Origin: Alphaproteobacteria bacterium
GTDB taxonomy: Bacteria; Pseudomonadota; Alphaproteobacteria; JAAXGF01
Assembly (NCBI GenBank): GCA_963555825.3
Contig: CAUVXB020000001.1
Coordinates: 1,216,001 to 1,280,000, forward strand
Direction: 5' to 3'
DNA: 64,000 nt
In this document: positions 43,717 through 54,662 of the stretch, piece by piece
How positions within the stretch are numbered: the stretch's first letter is position 1
Layout: each line of letters begins with the position of its first letter
Notes under the pieces: model-generated
Told to the model about the DNA's origin: nothing
The model's input: only the letters and a program-made list of their open reading frames with translations
Databases searched by the model: none
Translations under genes and position numbers: made by a program

Positions 43717-43955
43717 TTGGACCCCTGTTCACGGCTTGCGGCTGTCGGGCCGGGCGCGCACTTAGTGGCCCCAGTATCTGTCCGAGCGTACTTTTGCTCT
43801 GACCGAACGCAGATTTCGCGCCGGCAAACCGTTTGATTTGACGGCCTGCCGGGCTTTGACGACCTGCGGGTCATATCTTGGACGATCCGGTTGCCCGGTA
43901 GACCAGTCGACGATGCTCGAAGATATGAAAGCATTGGACGCTAACCTCGAACGAT

Positions 43956-44882
43956 CTACAGATCCAGTTCAACCCAGTAAGGCCGATGATCCGAGCCTTC
44001 CACAGAACTGTCGACCCATGCACGCTTGACCGTGTGCCCCAAATCAGGACTGACAAAGCAATAATCCAGCCTCAGACCATGGCCGGGGGAGCGGCCTGGC
44101 GGATCGGGCCACCAGGTGATGCAGTCGTCATCGCCAGACCGCTCTCCCGCGACCGTCCAGCTATCGACGAAGCCGTCCAAATGATCTACGTGACCGTAGA
44201 GCGGGTGAAAGGTGCCAACCATCCGCTGAAATTCCTCGCTTTCGGGCTCGCTGTTGAAATCACCCATCACGATTGTTGCGTCGGGCATCGGTGGCTGGGG
44301 CTTGCCGTCGGACCACTCGAAACAGAAGAAGTCCTCGTACCCGTCCATGATGTCGATAATCTTGCTGCCCGTCCAGGCGCCCCCGTTCGACCACGCGCGC
44401 CGGTGCCATGCGAGCAGGTAGTCGATTTGCAGCAGCCGATCGCGGGGGGAGGCCGCAGAAAGATGGATCGAATAGATCCTCATAGGCCCCGAGGGCGCGT
44501 CGACCACACATTCGATTCCGCCAGTGTCCATATTGAAGTGCTTCAGCGTTCCCAGTTTTGGAAACACGATGAGGCGAGACGCGAGAATCGGCCAGCGGGA
44601 AAGCACCATGGGTCCGAATTGCCGGCGTCTGTTGATAATGCTGCCGTTGTCTTGGCGTTCGCTCGCGTCCATGTCGAACGCGGGACAATAGACCCAGTAT
44701 CTATCCTTCAAATGACCGCCGATAATGTCCGGCTGGTCAAGCATGCCGCCCCGTTTCCAAAACCGCTCGACCTCCTGTAGGCCGATGATGTCGGCGTCGC
44801 ACACCGTTTCGGCGATGCGCTTGAGATCAATTCGGTGGTCGGTGCCCAATCCAAAACGAATGTTGTAGCTGACGATCTTCAT
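43956..44882 (-). CDS. Endonuclease/exonuclease/phosphatase (EEP) family hydrolase
   Basis: VSYNI, DIIGLQEV, MGDFN, RLDYCF, SDHRP. Confidence 0.93.
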   Translation of the reverse strand: MKIVSYNIRFGLGTDHRIDLKRIAETVCDADIIGLQEVERFWKRGGMLDQPDIIGGHLKDRYWVYCPAFDMDASERQDNGSIINRRRQFGPMVLSRWPILASRLIVFPKLGTLKHFNMDTGGIECVVDAPSGPMRIYSIHLSAASPRDRLLQIDYLLAWHRRAWSNGGAWTGSKIIDIMDGYEDFFCFEWSDGKPQPPMPDATIVMGDFNSEPESEEFQRMVGTFHPLYGHVDHLDGFVDSWTVAGERSGDDDCITWWPDPPGRSPGHGLRLDYCFVSPDLGHTVKRAWVDSSVEGSDHRPYWVELDL

Positions 44883-45120
44883 CTTGTCCTCCTCAAGCTG
44901 TCTATCGAACGCGCCAAGTGCTCCTAAGGCGGGGCGCTGTCTCAGCGATTCGAAAAGCGTGGGAAGTACGGTGCTCTGGAGGCGCCCCGTTAGCGAAGAG
45001 TCCGATGATTCGTTCCGAGCAGGGGGCCGTGGATGCTTCTCTGCACGCTGTCACCCACGAGGCAATGAGCCAGCGACTCCGCCTCGGTTTCCGGCAACAT
45101 CCCCAGCAGATGTTCACCCA

Positions 45121-45176
45121 GGCTCGGGCGGCTGACCCTTCACAGGGCTCTCGCCTTGCATCCAGCCGCCCGAGCC
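45121..45176 (-). terminator. Stem-loop downstream of the SBP gene (attenuator or mRNA stabiliser)
   Basis: Perfect 14-bp IR GGCTCGGGCGGCTG / CAGCCGCCCGAGCC; no clear U tract. Confidence 0.45.
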
Positions 45177-45238
45177 CGGACCAAAGATCGACGTGGACTT
45201 CACATGGTTTGGTCTTCTTTAAGCATCGCTCCCGTCGG

Positions 45239-46738
45239 TTAGTCGCTCACATTTACGAGGTGGTAGCGGATGGCGTCTGCAAACACTGCCTGCAGGCCCG
45301 AAACTCTGGCAGTCGCGGCAACGGCCTGGTTGATGTGGAAGGGGATGAACGATCCGCCCTCCTCGTAAAGTATCTGCTGTAGTCGATGGTACAGAGCCTT
45401 ACGTTTGTCGAAGTCGAGCTCCTCCCGCGCCTGGTCCAGCAAACCGTCGAAATCGGCACGGTTCCAGTAGGTTTCGTTCCAGGTCGCGCCGCCGCGGTAG
45501 TCTTCGTTTAGAATCTGATCGGCGGGCCGCTGCCCCCAGCTCGTGGTCACGGCTGCTTCCTTCATCCAGACTTCCGACCAATATCCGTCCGCCGGGGCCT
45601 TCACCAGGTTGACCTTGATGCCGGCCTGCGCGACCTGTTGCTGGTAGACTTGCACAATATCGATCCAGGTGGCTCTTAGATCGCTGGTGGTGACGTCGAT
45701 TTCTATGCCGTCGGGATAGCCGGCTTCGGCGAGCAGCCGCTTGGCCTCGTCGATCTGCTGCGGGCAATCGAACGGCGCGCGATATTGATCGCCCGACCAC
45801 ACCGGATGATCACAGGTGACGACGCCGCCGCCGGGGCCGAGAACAAGGTCGACCATGGCCGCACGGTCGGTTGCTATGCGCAGCGCCTTGCGGACGCGGG
45901 CGTCGGTGTAAGGTTCCACGTCGGTGCGGAAGACGATGCCCTGCCAATCACCCGTGGGCACGCTCTCCACCTTGAACTTCGGGTTGTTCTCGAAGAGCGC
46001 CAACTGCTGTCCCGACAGATCACCGTAGCCAAGCATGTCGATTTGGCCGGCGAGCAACGCTTGCACGCGCGCCTGGGTATCCGGAATGCCGATGATCTCA
46101 ATAGTGGCGACACCCGGCGGCCCCTCCCAATAGTCGGGATTCGCCTTCAGAACGGTTGTCCCTCCAGGATCGAGCGTTACCAGAATAAACGGCCCGGTTC
46201 CGATTCCCGTTGTTGCGATGGTGTCCGCCGAACCTTCCGGGATCATCCGGATCCGATAATCCATCAGCTGCAACGGGAGATCCGCGTACGGCGCCGAGAG
46301 CGTCATCTTGACGGTCAACCGGTCAACCGCCTCGAACGTGTCTACCATCCCGAAGACCGACGCGGCCGCCGAATCGAATTCGGGGTCTCTGACGTGTTCA
46401 AACGTATAAACCACGTCGCCCGAGTCGAAGTCGGACCCATCGTGGAATTTGACTCCGTCACGCAACTTGAAGATCCATTCGGTCGCGTCGTCGCTTGACG
46501 ACCACTCCGTCGCCAGATTTGGCTCCGGTTTGCCACTCTCGCCTGGCCGAACGAGGCGGCTCATCGTCTTCTCGGTGACTTGCCAAAAGCGACCCTCGGA
46601 AGCCGGGTCGACGTCTATAACGTCCTCGCCAAACCCCACGTCGTGGGATTGGCGGAATGTCCCGCTTTGCGCATTGGCCAGGGTTATCGGCAGGGCCGCG
46701 ATGACGGCCACTGCGATGAACATGCCCAGCTTGGTCAT
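45239..46738 (-). CDS. Family 5 ABC substrate-binding protein 3 (Sec signal)
   Basis: PNLATEW, LRDGVKFHDG, GIGTGPF; AAGGAGG RBS. Confidence 0.95.
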   Translation of the reverse strand: MTKLGMFIAVAVIAALPITLANAQSGTFRQSHDVGFGEDVIDVDPASEGRFWQVTEKTMSRLVRPGESGKPEPNLATEWSSSDDATEWIFKLRDGVKFHDGSDFDSGDVVYTFEHVRDPEFDSAAASVFGMVDTFEAVDRLTVKMTLSAPYADLPLQLMDYRIRMIPEGSADTIATTGIGTGPFILVTLDPGGTTVLKANPDYWEGPPGVATIEIIGIPDTQARVQALLAGQIDMLGYGDLSGQQLALFENNPKFKVESVPTGDWQGIVFRTDVEPYTDARVRKALRIATDRAAMVDLVLGPGGGVVTCDHPVWSGDQYRAPFDCPQQIDEAKRLLAEAGYPDGIEIDVTTSDLRATWIDIVQVYQQQVAQAGIKVNLVKAPADGYWSEVWMKEAAVTTSWGQRPADQILNEDYRGGATWNETYWNRADFDGLLDQAREELDFDKRKALYHRLQQILYEEGGSFIPFHINQAVAATARVSGLQAVFADAIRYHLVNVSD

Positions 46739-46779
46739 GATGTCCTCCTTATTCTGAATTCCGATTCATCGTCATCCGA

Positions 46780-47403
46780 CATATCGTGGATGATCCCCTC
46801 GGGTTGGGCCGACGGTAGCACAGACTAGCCGGGGGGAGGAGCCCGGCGTGGTTACACTAAGGTGGCGGCGTCGCCGTTGTCTTCGCCGTCTGCTGGTGAT
46901 CGGCATGACATCACAGCTTCAATCGGCACGGCGCAAGCCCGAGGTTCACCCCTGGATCACCAACTTGCTGGTAAGCAAGCCCAACAAGCTGGTCGCCGTG
47001 GCCATGGCCAACAAGGCCGCGCGGATCGCCTGGGTCATCATGACCCGTGGCGAGGCCTACCGCGCTCACCGACCCGCAACTGAGGAGACCGCATGACCAA
47101 TTGATCGCTCGAAGGCACAACGCTTTCGACGATTGCAAGGACGACGAGACGTGATGGCGAACCGGTCAGACCGGGGATCGGGACAACCCGACCAATGTCC
47201 TGGGTGTTCGAGCCCGCTAAGCGGACAACCCGACGAATGTCCTGGGTGTTCGAGCCCGCTAAGCAGATAGGGACCCGATCCACGGATACCATCAGGGCCA
47301 GCGGTTCAACAAAACCGCATCAACAGGCCGGACACAAGACTGTACCTGACTAGGTCGCTACGCCGAAAAAAGTCCTTGCAACGCGGGAGCCATCCACACA
47401 GGC
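46780..47403 (+). mobile_element. Internally deleted IS1111-type (IS110 family) element retaining both ends, the transposase C-terminus and the 3' non-coding region
   Basis: Subterminal IR GTGGATGATCCC / GGGAGCCATCCAC; KPNKLVAVAMANKAARIAWVIMTRGEAY. Confidence 0.75.
47181..47264 (+). repeat. Tandem 42-bp duplication with one mismatch
   Basis: GGACAACCCGAC[C/G]AATGTCCTGGGTGTTCGAGCCCGCTAAGC twice. Confidence 0.95.
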
Positions 47404-47480
47404 GGCAGCGGGAGCGACGTGGCTTTATGTCCGGAGGTAACCCGAAGCAGGCTTCCATGATTCTGGGCGCCCTACCGACG

Positions 47481-48872
47481 TCAAACGGCGTGCTGCTGTC
47501 GCGGCGTTGGCTCGGCGCAGCAGTACCAAGGCTCGCTGATCTGCGGGACCGCGCCCGTCCCTGGGGCGATGTCCGGCGCCGGCCGGGCCCGCCTGTCGAA
47601 CGCCGCCTGCAGCCTCTCCCAGATCCGGACGAAGATCGCGGCGCGTGACGTGCCCACCTCGATCGCCTCCTGGACGATATCCTCGACGTCGCGCTGCAGG
47701 GCGTCCACGCGCGGATCGGAGTGGCGCCACGGATAACACAATCTCTCCTCGTCGAAGGGCCCGACCATGCCGCGCATCTCATCGAGCTCGAGCAAGCGCG
47801 AGCCCTCCGGGATGAGCAGCCGGATGGCGAGCTGCACCGGCCCGACGGCCTCGACGAGGCCGAGGCGGGCGATGGTCTCAAGCAGGTCCTCGTAGGCCTC
47901 GAGCGTCAGCCAAGGGCTGAACGCGACGAACGTTGGCACCAGCGTCAGCCCTTCCGCCCGGCACAACTCGACTACGGCGAACACATCCTCGCGCGTATGC
48001 CCCTTCTCCAGGGTCACGAGTACGTGGTCATCGAGCGACTCGATCGCTGAGGTGACGAATAGACAGCCGGTGTCGCGCAGCGCGGGCAGCGCGTCGGCGT
48101 GCTTGAGCAGATGCTCGACCTTGATCGTGACGTCGTAGGTGAGCCCCGGAAATTCTCTGTGCAGCGCCTCGACAACGGCGCGCGCATGGCCGGGACCGTT
48201 GAAGAAGTCAGGATCGCCAAAGGTGATGTGCTCTGCGCCCGCCTTGACCTGATGGGCAATGTCGGCGAGCACCACGTCGCGCTGCACCACAAAGAAGCGC
48301 CCGCCGTAGACCGGCACCACCGGGCAGTGGCGGCACAGGTGTTTGCAGCCGCGGCTCGCCTCGGTGTAGCCGACGACGCGCTTCGGCCCGTCGGGCAATG
48401 TCAGGTCGGCGTAGACGGCGAGGCTTGGCAGGCCAGCCCGGTCGGGGATGCGGAACCGCTGCTTCTCCAGCGTGACCGTCGGGCGGGTTCGGCTCGGTGG
48501 TCCGCAGGCTTTAGTTTCGCGAGCGATCTCGACGAGCGGCGTCTCGAATTCGCCACCGATGACGTGGTCGATGCCGAGACGCCGCAGGTACGCTTCGTTG
48601 ACCGGAGCGTAGAGCCCATACGCACACAGCATCGCGTCTGGGTTTAGGCTGCGGACGCGCTCGATGACTGGGGCTGCCAAGCGGGTCGCGGTATGCATCG
48701 GCAGGTAGAACGCCACCATGCCTGCCGCGCGCATCGCAGCCTCGTCGGGCATCTCGACCGAGAGGTCGAGGCAGGTCAATTCGTGCCCCTCGGCCCGCAG
48801 CCAAGCTGCCGGCGAGGCCAGGCCGAATGGCTGATGGCCGAGATCGTAGGTGGAAACGAGAACGACGTTCAT
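47481..48872 (-). CDS. CUAEP/CCAEP-tail radical SAM protein (B12-binding-like N-terminus)
   Basis: EASRGCKHLCRHC CxxxCxxC motif; C-terminal ISEPWYCCAEP. Confidence 0.9.
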   Translation of the reverse strand: MNVVLVSTYDLGHQPFGLASPAAWLRAEGHELTCLDLSVEMPDEAAMRAAGMVAFYLPMHTATRLAAPVIERVRSLNPDAMLCAYGLYAPVNEAYLRRLGIDHVIGGEFETPLVEIARETKACGPPSRTRPTVTLEKQRFRIPDRAGLPSLAVYADLTLPDGPKRVVGYTEASRGCKHLCRHCPVVPVYGGRFFVVQRDVVLADIAHQVKAGAEHITFGDPDFFNGPGHARAVVEALHREFPGLTYDVTIKVEHLLKHADALPALRDTGCLFVTSAIESLDDHVLVTLEKGHTREDVFAVVELCRAEGLTLVPTFVAFSPWLTLEAYEDLLETIARLGLVEAVGPVQLAIRLLIPEGSRLLELDEMRGMVGPFDEERLCYPWRHSDPRVDALQRDVEDIVQEAIEVGTSRAAIFVRIWERLQAAFDRRARPAPDIAPGTGAVPQISEPWYCCAEPTPRQQHAV

Positions 48873-49116
48873 GGAGTACCAGCTTTCGATGGGTTCGGAC
48901 GATGATAATGGTAGGGCGTCGCCGGGCCGCCGTCAGGCTGAGACTGGGCGCCACAATTTGCGCGCCAAGCCCCTGTGACTGGACGACGCCCAGGCGAAGG
49001 CGCGCGCCCTGACCCGAATGAGGTGTTGATAGCAGTCTACGGAAGCTCGTTGGGCGAGTCTAATGGCGCTGTCAGAGGGCACATGGCGCATTGGCCTCGA
49101 ATGTCCGGTTATGGCT

Positions 49117-49401
49117 CAGACTGTGTAAGAACGTTTGCTGCGTGATCTGTACGGCGCGTCTTTGGCTTCGATGATCCGTCGCGGCGGGTTTTCTGGGATT
49201 ATGGATTTTCGCCGCTGGTGGGGGCTTATCGGCCGGCTGGCGCCGGTTTGTTGGGTAGTTTGACCGGATTGGGCTGTAGTTTGCGGCGCAGAGGCGCCTA
49301 TGCCGCCCTCATTGCCGCGATCAGCGGGTCGATGCCCATGATGTTCATGACGCGCTTGAGATTGTAGGCCAGCACGTGCAGGGCCATCTCGGTCCTCACC
49401 C
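49117..49401 (-). mobile_element. IS1182-family 3' remnant cut by IS21
   Basis: VRTEMALHVLAYNLKRVMNIMG C-terminus; end CAGACTGTGTAAGAAC. Confidence 0.75.
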
Positions 49402-49519
49402 TGAGAACGGCAGAGCAATAATCCCCCACTGAAGCGGCCGGTCGATCCGGCTGCGGCGGACCAAAATGGGACCGCGTATAGCCTTCTGTCAGGGTTGCTC
49501 TGACTGGAAGGCGGGGGGG

Positions 49520-51019
49520 ATGTATCGGGTGGAGTTGTACGCACGGGTTCGGCGGGCGTGTCATGTCGAGGGGATGAGCACCCGCGAGGCCTCGCGGGTG
49601 TTTGGTGTAGACCGCAAGACGGTCCGTAAGATGCTGTCGTTCTCGGTGCCGCCAGGGTATCGCCGAAGCGCGCCGCCGAGGCGGCCAAAGCTGGGTCCGT
49701 TCACGGGAATCATCGATCGGATCTTGGAAGACGATCGGACCAGCCACCGCAAGCAACGGCACACTGCGAAGCGCATCTTCGACCGCCTCCGGGACGAGTA
49801 CGGTTTCACGGGCGGCTACACCATCGTGAAGGACTACGTTCGTGAGCAGGGGCTTCGGTCGCGTGAGGTGTTCGTGCCACTCTCCCATTCCCCCGGTCAC
49901 GCCCAGGCGGACTTCGGCGAAGCGATGGCGGTGATCGGCGGCGCGTTACGGAAGATCCACTTCCTTGCCTTCGACCTTCCCCACAGTGATGGTTGCTTTG
50001 TTGCGGCCTATCCGGCGGAGACGACCGAAGCATTCTGCGATGGCCACAACGCGGCGTTTGCCTTCTTCGGCGGCGTCCCCCGATCCATCCTGTACGACAA
50101 CACCAAGCTGGCGGTTGCCCGGATCCTGGGCGATGGGAAGCGGCAGCGAACGCGCGTCTTCACGGAGCTTCAGTCCCACTATCTGTTCGAGGACAGGTTC
50201 GGCCGGCCGGGCAAGGGCAACGACAAGGGCAAGGTCGAGGGACTGGTCGGCTTCATCCGGCGGAACTTCCTGGTCCCCGTCCCGCGTGCCGAGAGCTTCG
50301 CGGCCCTCAACGATGCTCTCGCCGAACAGTGCCGCCGGCGCCAGGCGGCGCGGCTGCGGGGCCACAAGGAGACCATCGGCGAGCGTCTCGAGCGGGATCG
50401 TCAAGTTCTCTTGCCATTGCCGCCTGCTCCCTATGATGCCTGCGATAAGCGCCCTGGACGGGCGAGTTCGCTGTCGCTGGTGCGTTACCGCAGCAACGAC
50501 TATTCCGTGCCCGTGGCCTACGGCCACCGTGAGGTGCTCATCCGGGGCTACGTCGATGAGGTGGTGATCAGCTGCGGGGCCGAGGTGATCGCCCGGCACC
50601 GCCGGTCCTACGACAGCGAGGACCTGATCTTCGACCCGCTGCATTACCTGCCCTTGATCGAGCAGAAGATCGGCGCCCTCGACCAGGCCGCGCCATTGGC
50701 GGGCTGGGACCTGCCCGAGGCCTTCATCACTCTGCGGCGGCTCCTCGAAGCTCGTATGGGCAAGGCAGGCAAGCGCGAGTACGTCCAGGTGCTCCGTCTA
50801 CTGGAGACCTTCCGGCTCGAGGAGGTCGAGGGTGCGGTCGGCGACGCCCTGCGGCTCGGCGCAATCGGCTTTGATGCGGTGAAGCACCTGGTACTGTGCC
50901 GCATCGAGCGGCGGCCGCCCAGGCTCAACCTCGACGTCTATCCGTATCTGCCGCGCGCCCGGGTCGCGATGACGTCCGCCAAGTCGTACATGAGCCTGCT
51001 GTCGGGGCTCGGCGCATGA
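49520..51019 (+). CDS. istA: IS21 transposase IstA
   Basis: AQADFG, LYDN, KGKVE DDE motifs. Confidence 0.95.
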   Translation: MYRVELYARVRRACHVEGMSTREASRVFGVDRKTVRKMLSFSVPPGYRRSAPPRRPKLGPFTGIIDRILEDDRTSHRKQRHTAKRIFDRLRDEYGFTGGYTIVKDYVREQGLRSREVFVPLSHSPGHAQADFGEAMAVIGGALRKIHFLAFDLPHSDGCFVAAYPAETTEAFCDGHNAAFAFFGGVPRSILYDNTKLAVARILGDGKRQRTRVFTELQSHYLFEDRFGRPGKGNDKGKVEGLVGFIRRNFLVPVPRAESFAALNDALAEQCRRRQAARLRGHKETIGERLERDRQVLLPLPPAPYDACDKRPGRASSLSLVRYRSNDYSVPVAYGHREVLIRGYVDEVVISCGAEVIARHRRSYDSEDLIFDPLHYLPLIEQKIGALDQAAPLAGWDLPEAFITLRRLLEARMGKAGKREYVQVLRLLETFRLEEVEGAVGDALRLGAIGFDAVKHLVLCRIERRPPRLNLDVYPYLPRARVAMTSAKSYMSLLSGLGA

Positions 51020-51780
51020 CCGACACACCGCAAGTGCTGCTCGCCCACCACCTCAAGACGCTGAAGCTGCCGACCTTCCTGCGCGAGTACGACAAGATCG
51101 CCCGGCAGTGCGCCTCGGAAGGCGTCGATCACGTCCGCTACCTGTTGAGACTCGCCGAGCTCGAGCTGATCGACCGCGAGCGCCGCATGGTCGAGCGGCG
51201 CATCAAGGCGGCGCGCTTCCCCGTGGTCAAGAGCCTCGACAGCTTCGACTTCAAGGTCATCCCCTCGCTCAACAAGGCGCTGGTCCTGGAGCTGGCCCGC
51301 TGCGAGTACATCGAGCGCCGCGAGAACCTCATCGCGCTCGGCAACAGTGGGACCGGCAAGACCCACATCGCCCTCGGTCTCGGCCTGGCGGCCTGCCAGA
51401 AGGGCCTCTCGGTCGGCTTCATCACCGCCGCCGCGCTGGTCCACGAACTCATCGAGGCCCGCGATGACAAGCAGCTGCTGAGGTTCCAGAAGAAGCTCGC
51501 CACCTACAAGCTTCTGATCGTCGACGAACTCGGCTTCGTGCCGCTGTCGAAGACCGGCGCCGAGCTGTTGTTCGAGGTGTTCAGCCAACGCTACGAGCGG
51601 GGCTCGACCCTGGTCACCACCAATCTGCCCTTCGACGAATGGACCGAGGTGTTCGGCTCCGAGCGCCTCACCGGCGCGCTCCTCGATCGCCTCACCCACC
51701 ACGTCAACATCCTCGAGATGAACGGTGACAGCTACAGGCTCAACCAGAGCCGCAGGCGTCAAACCCCGACTGCTAACTGA
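51016..51780 (+). CDS. istB: IS21 ATPase IstB
   Basis: GNSGTGKTH, IVDELG, LLDRL; ATGA overlap with istA. Confidence 0.96.
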   Translation: MTDTPQVLLAHHLKTLKLPTFLREYDKIARQCASEGVDHVRYLLRLAELELIDRERRMVERRIKAARFPVVKSLDSFDFKVIPSLNKALVLELARCEYIERRENLIALGNSGTGKTHIALGLGLAACQKGLSVGFITAAALVHELIEARDDKQLLRFQKKLATYKLLIVDELGFVPLSKTGAELLFEVFSQRYERGSTLVTTNLPFDEWTEVFGSERLTGALLDRLTHHVNILEMNGDSYRLNQSRRRQTPTAN

Positions 51781-51971
51781 ACCGACCACCCAGCCCACGC
51801 TTGACCCCGTGGGCCCACAGGTCCCTCCCGCGCGCGCCGCCGCGTCAGCCTGTTGAGGGCACGCCGCGTCGCGCGCGGGGCCCTCCCGTGGACTACGGGG
51901 ACAAGCCCGCAGCCGCCAAGCGGTCCCTTCTTACACCGCCGAGGTGGTCCCTTTTTGCTCCGCCATTGACA

Positions 51972-53219
51972 ATCCTGTTGCTGTTGTTGAGCCTGTGGGG
52001 ATGTGGGCAAGGCGCGAGCCTTGTCCATCATATCTACAGGTTGACCGGCCCCGTAGGCCTCGGCCGGCGTTTGACCGTCGAGGGACGAATGGGGCCGCTC
52101 GGTGTTGTAGAAGCCGATCCACTCGCCGATGACCCGTTCGGCGTGGAAGCCGTCGGTGAGCTCGTGTAGGTAGACCGCCTCATACTTGAGAGACCGCCAC
52201 AGGCGCTCGATGAAGATGTTGTCCATGCAGCGGCCCCGACCGTCCATGGAGATGCGGATGCTCGCGTTCTTGAGCACGCCGGTGAAGTCGAGGCTGGTGA
52301 ACTGGCTGCCCTGATCCGTATTGAATATCTCCGGCTGGCCGTAGCGGGCCAGCGCGTCGCCCAAGGCCTCGGCGCAGAATCCAGCGTCCATGGTGTTCGA
52401 CAGCCGCCAGGATAAAACGTGGCGCGTCGCCCAGTCCATGATCGCTACCAGGTACAGAAAGCCACGCTGGACGGGGATATAGGTGATGTCGGCGCACCAG
52501 ACCCGATTGGGCTGGTCGATAGCCATCCCTTTGAGAAGATAAGGATAAATCCGGTGCATGGGATGCGGCACGCTGGTTCTCGGCGCCTGATAGATCGCCT
52601 CCAGGCCTATCAATCGCATCAACCTGCGAACCCGGTGACGGCCGACGCAAACGCCGTCCCGCCGCAACTGGCGGACCATCTGGCGGCTGCCGTAGAACGG
52701 GTACTTCATGAACAACTCGTCGATCCGACGCATCAGCGCCAGACTCGAAGGGCTCTCCCCCCTGGGCGCATAATAGAACGAGGACCGGCCGATCGAAAGC
52801 AGGCGGCATTGACGGCTCAAGCTCAGCTCGGGGGCGTCGCGTGTGATCATCGCCTTGCGCTCCCCCCGGCTCATCGCTTGAGCCCTCTGGCTAAAAAATC
52901 CCGTTCCACCGTCAGCTCGCCGATCTTGGCGTGAAGGTCGCGGACCTCGGATTCATGATCCCGGCAAGCGCGGTTGGCGCCGTTCGAAAACACTTCGCCC
53001 AGACCGTCCACCGCCTGGCGCTTCCAGGCGCTCACCTGGTTCGGATGCACCTTGTGCTTGGCCGCGATCTGCTGGATCGTCTTGTCGCCCCGCAGCGCTT
53101 CCAGCGCCACCCGGGCCTTGAATTCCGCCGTAAACCGGCGTCGATTCGTCATCTCGTATTCCTCCGTTATCCGGTGGAATACACCTTAGCTCCCTGTCCG
53201 ATTTTCTGGGACCACCTCA
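51972..53219 (-). mobile_element. IS3-family element (orfA 52871-53152; orfB from 52874), right end cut by IS21
   Basis: RRRFTAEFKARVALE; WCADITY, NTDQGSQF, DNIFIERLWRSLKYE; TGAGGTGGTCCC terminus. Confidence 0.93.
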
Positions 53220-53404
53220 GGGGATCGTCGCCAACGGTAAGAAGATCCGCCGTCTGATGCGCCAGCACGACCTGCAGCCCAAGCGTCGCAGGCGTTTCAT
53301 CGCCACAACCGACAGCGATCACGATAGTCCGATCTTCTCCAACCGCGCCAAGGACGTTACGGCCGACAGGCCGAACCAGCTCTGGGTCGCAGACATCACC
53401 TTTT
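53220..53404 (+). mobile_element. Internal fragment of another IS3-family orfB
   Basis: [29 protein letters not shown]. Confidence 0.75.
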
Positions 53405-53533
53405 ATGCCGAATAGACCAAGAAATGCGTTGAACGGCCGTCGCCGCGGTAGCATGATTGCATCGACAGGGAGTTTTTTCGACAATCTACAATCGCGAATT
53501 CCGACTGACATCGAACAAGGGAGGACGACGAAA

Positions 53534-54112
53534 ATGACAATCGCGACTTCAATCCACCCTGCCGTGGATCAGGGTGTGAAACCCGGGGCGCAGGATTTCG
53601 CGGGCGGGACCCTTGTGTGCAAGTGCAATCAAGACGCCGTCCAAGTGGCGGTCAAGGGGCAATGCGCGCACAATCACGTCTGCGGCTGCTCGAAGTGCTG
53701 GAAGCCCGAGGGCACGGTGTTCTCGCAGATCGCGGTCGTGTCGCGGGAGAACGTCAGCGTGACCGCGAACGGGCATAAACTCGCGGCCGTGGATCCGTCC
53801 GCGGCGATCCAGCGACACGCCTGCAGGGACTGCGGCGTTCACATGTATGGCCGGATCGAGAACACGGGCCATCCCTTCCACGGGCTGGATTTCATTCATA
53901 CCGAGCTTTCAAGGGAAGAGGGTTGGGCGGGACCCGAGTTCGCCGCTTTCGTTTCCTCGGTCATCGAATCGGGAACCAGCCCCGATGCGATGGATGGCAT
54001 CAGGGGCAGGCTGAGAGAACTCGGCTTGGAGCCTTACGACTGCCTTTCGCCGCCCCTGATGGACGCGATCGCAACTCATACCGCCAAGGCGGCGGGCGTC
54101 TTGAGCGACTGA
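53534..54112 (+). CDS. gfa: Glutathione-dependent formaldehyde-activating enzyme
   Basis: [53 protein letters not shown]; GGGAGG RBS. Confidence 0.95.
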   Translation: MTIATSIHPAVDQGVKPGAQDFAGGTLVCKCNQDAVQVAVKGQCAHNHVCGCSKCWKPEGTVFSQIAVVSRENVSVTANGHKLAAVDPSAAIQRHACRDCGVHMYGRIENTGHPFHGLDFIHTELSREEGWAGPEFAAFVSSVIESGTSPDAMDGIRGRLRELGLEPYDCLSPPLMDAIATHTAKAAGVLSD

Positions 54113-54662
54113 CCGTCCGATCGCCGAACCTATGGTTCGTTGCCCCCGCAAGCAGGCGGATCACGGACCAAGTCGCGGGGTTGTCGGTAAGGCATTTCGA
54201 GCCGACGGTCGTTCGGGGCGGACTACTCCTTCGAGCGGCATTGTCACGTTAACAGCGTGGCTTCGGCACGGCCGGTGCTTTAGCGTCTCTGGATGTGCAA
54301 GATATCCTACCGTCGTCACCGCTTTCCACCGGTCATCATCCAGCATGCCGTCTGGCTCTATTGCCGTTTCACGCTGAGCTATCGGGACGTTGAGGACCTG
54401 CTTGCCGAGCGTGGTCTCGACATCTCGTATGAGACAGTTCGAAGATGGGTCTTGAAATTCGGTCGGGCCTATGCGCGGCGGATTCAACGTCGGCGGCCAC
54501 GACCGACCGAACGCTGGCACCTGGACGAGATGGTCGTCGTAATTCGAGGGAGGCAGTTCTATCTCTGGCGTGCCGTGGACAGTGAGGGCGAAGTCCTGGA
54601 TTTCCTGGTTCAATCCCGCAGGAACGCTCGGGCGGCAATTCGGCTGATGCGGAAACTCTTGA

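Larger units (their letters stand above)
49402..51971 (+). mobile_element. Complete IS21-family element
   Basis: IR TGAGAACGGCAGAGCAA / TTGCTCCGCCATTGACA; istA-istB. Confidence 0.96.

Noticed and set aside
47181-47264. Possible CRISPR array
   Set aside because: Only two directly abutting units, no spacer and no cas genes.
47500-47530. Selenocysteine in the radical SAM tail
   Set aside because: The codons are TGC TGC, not TGA.
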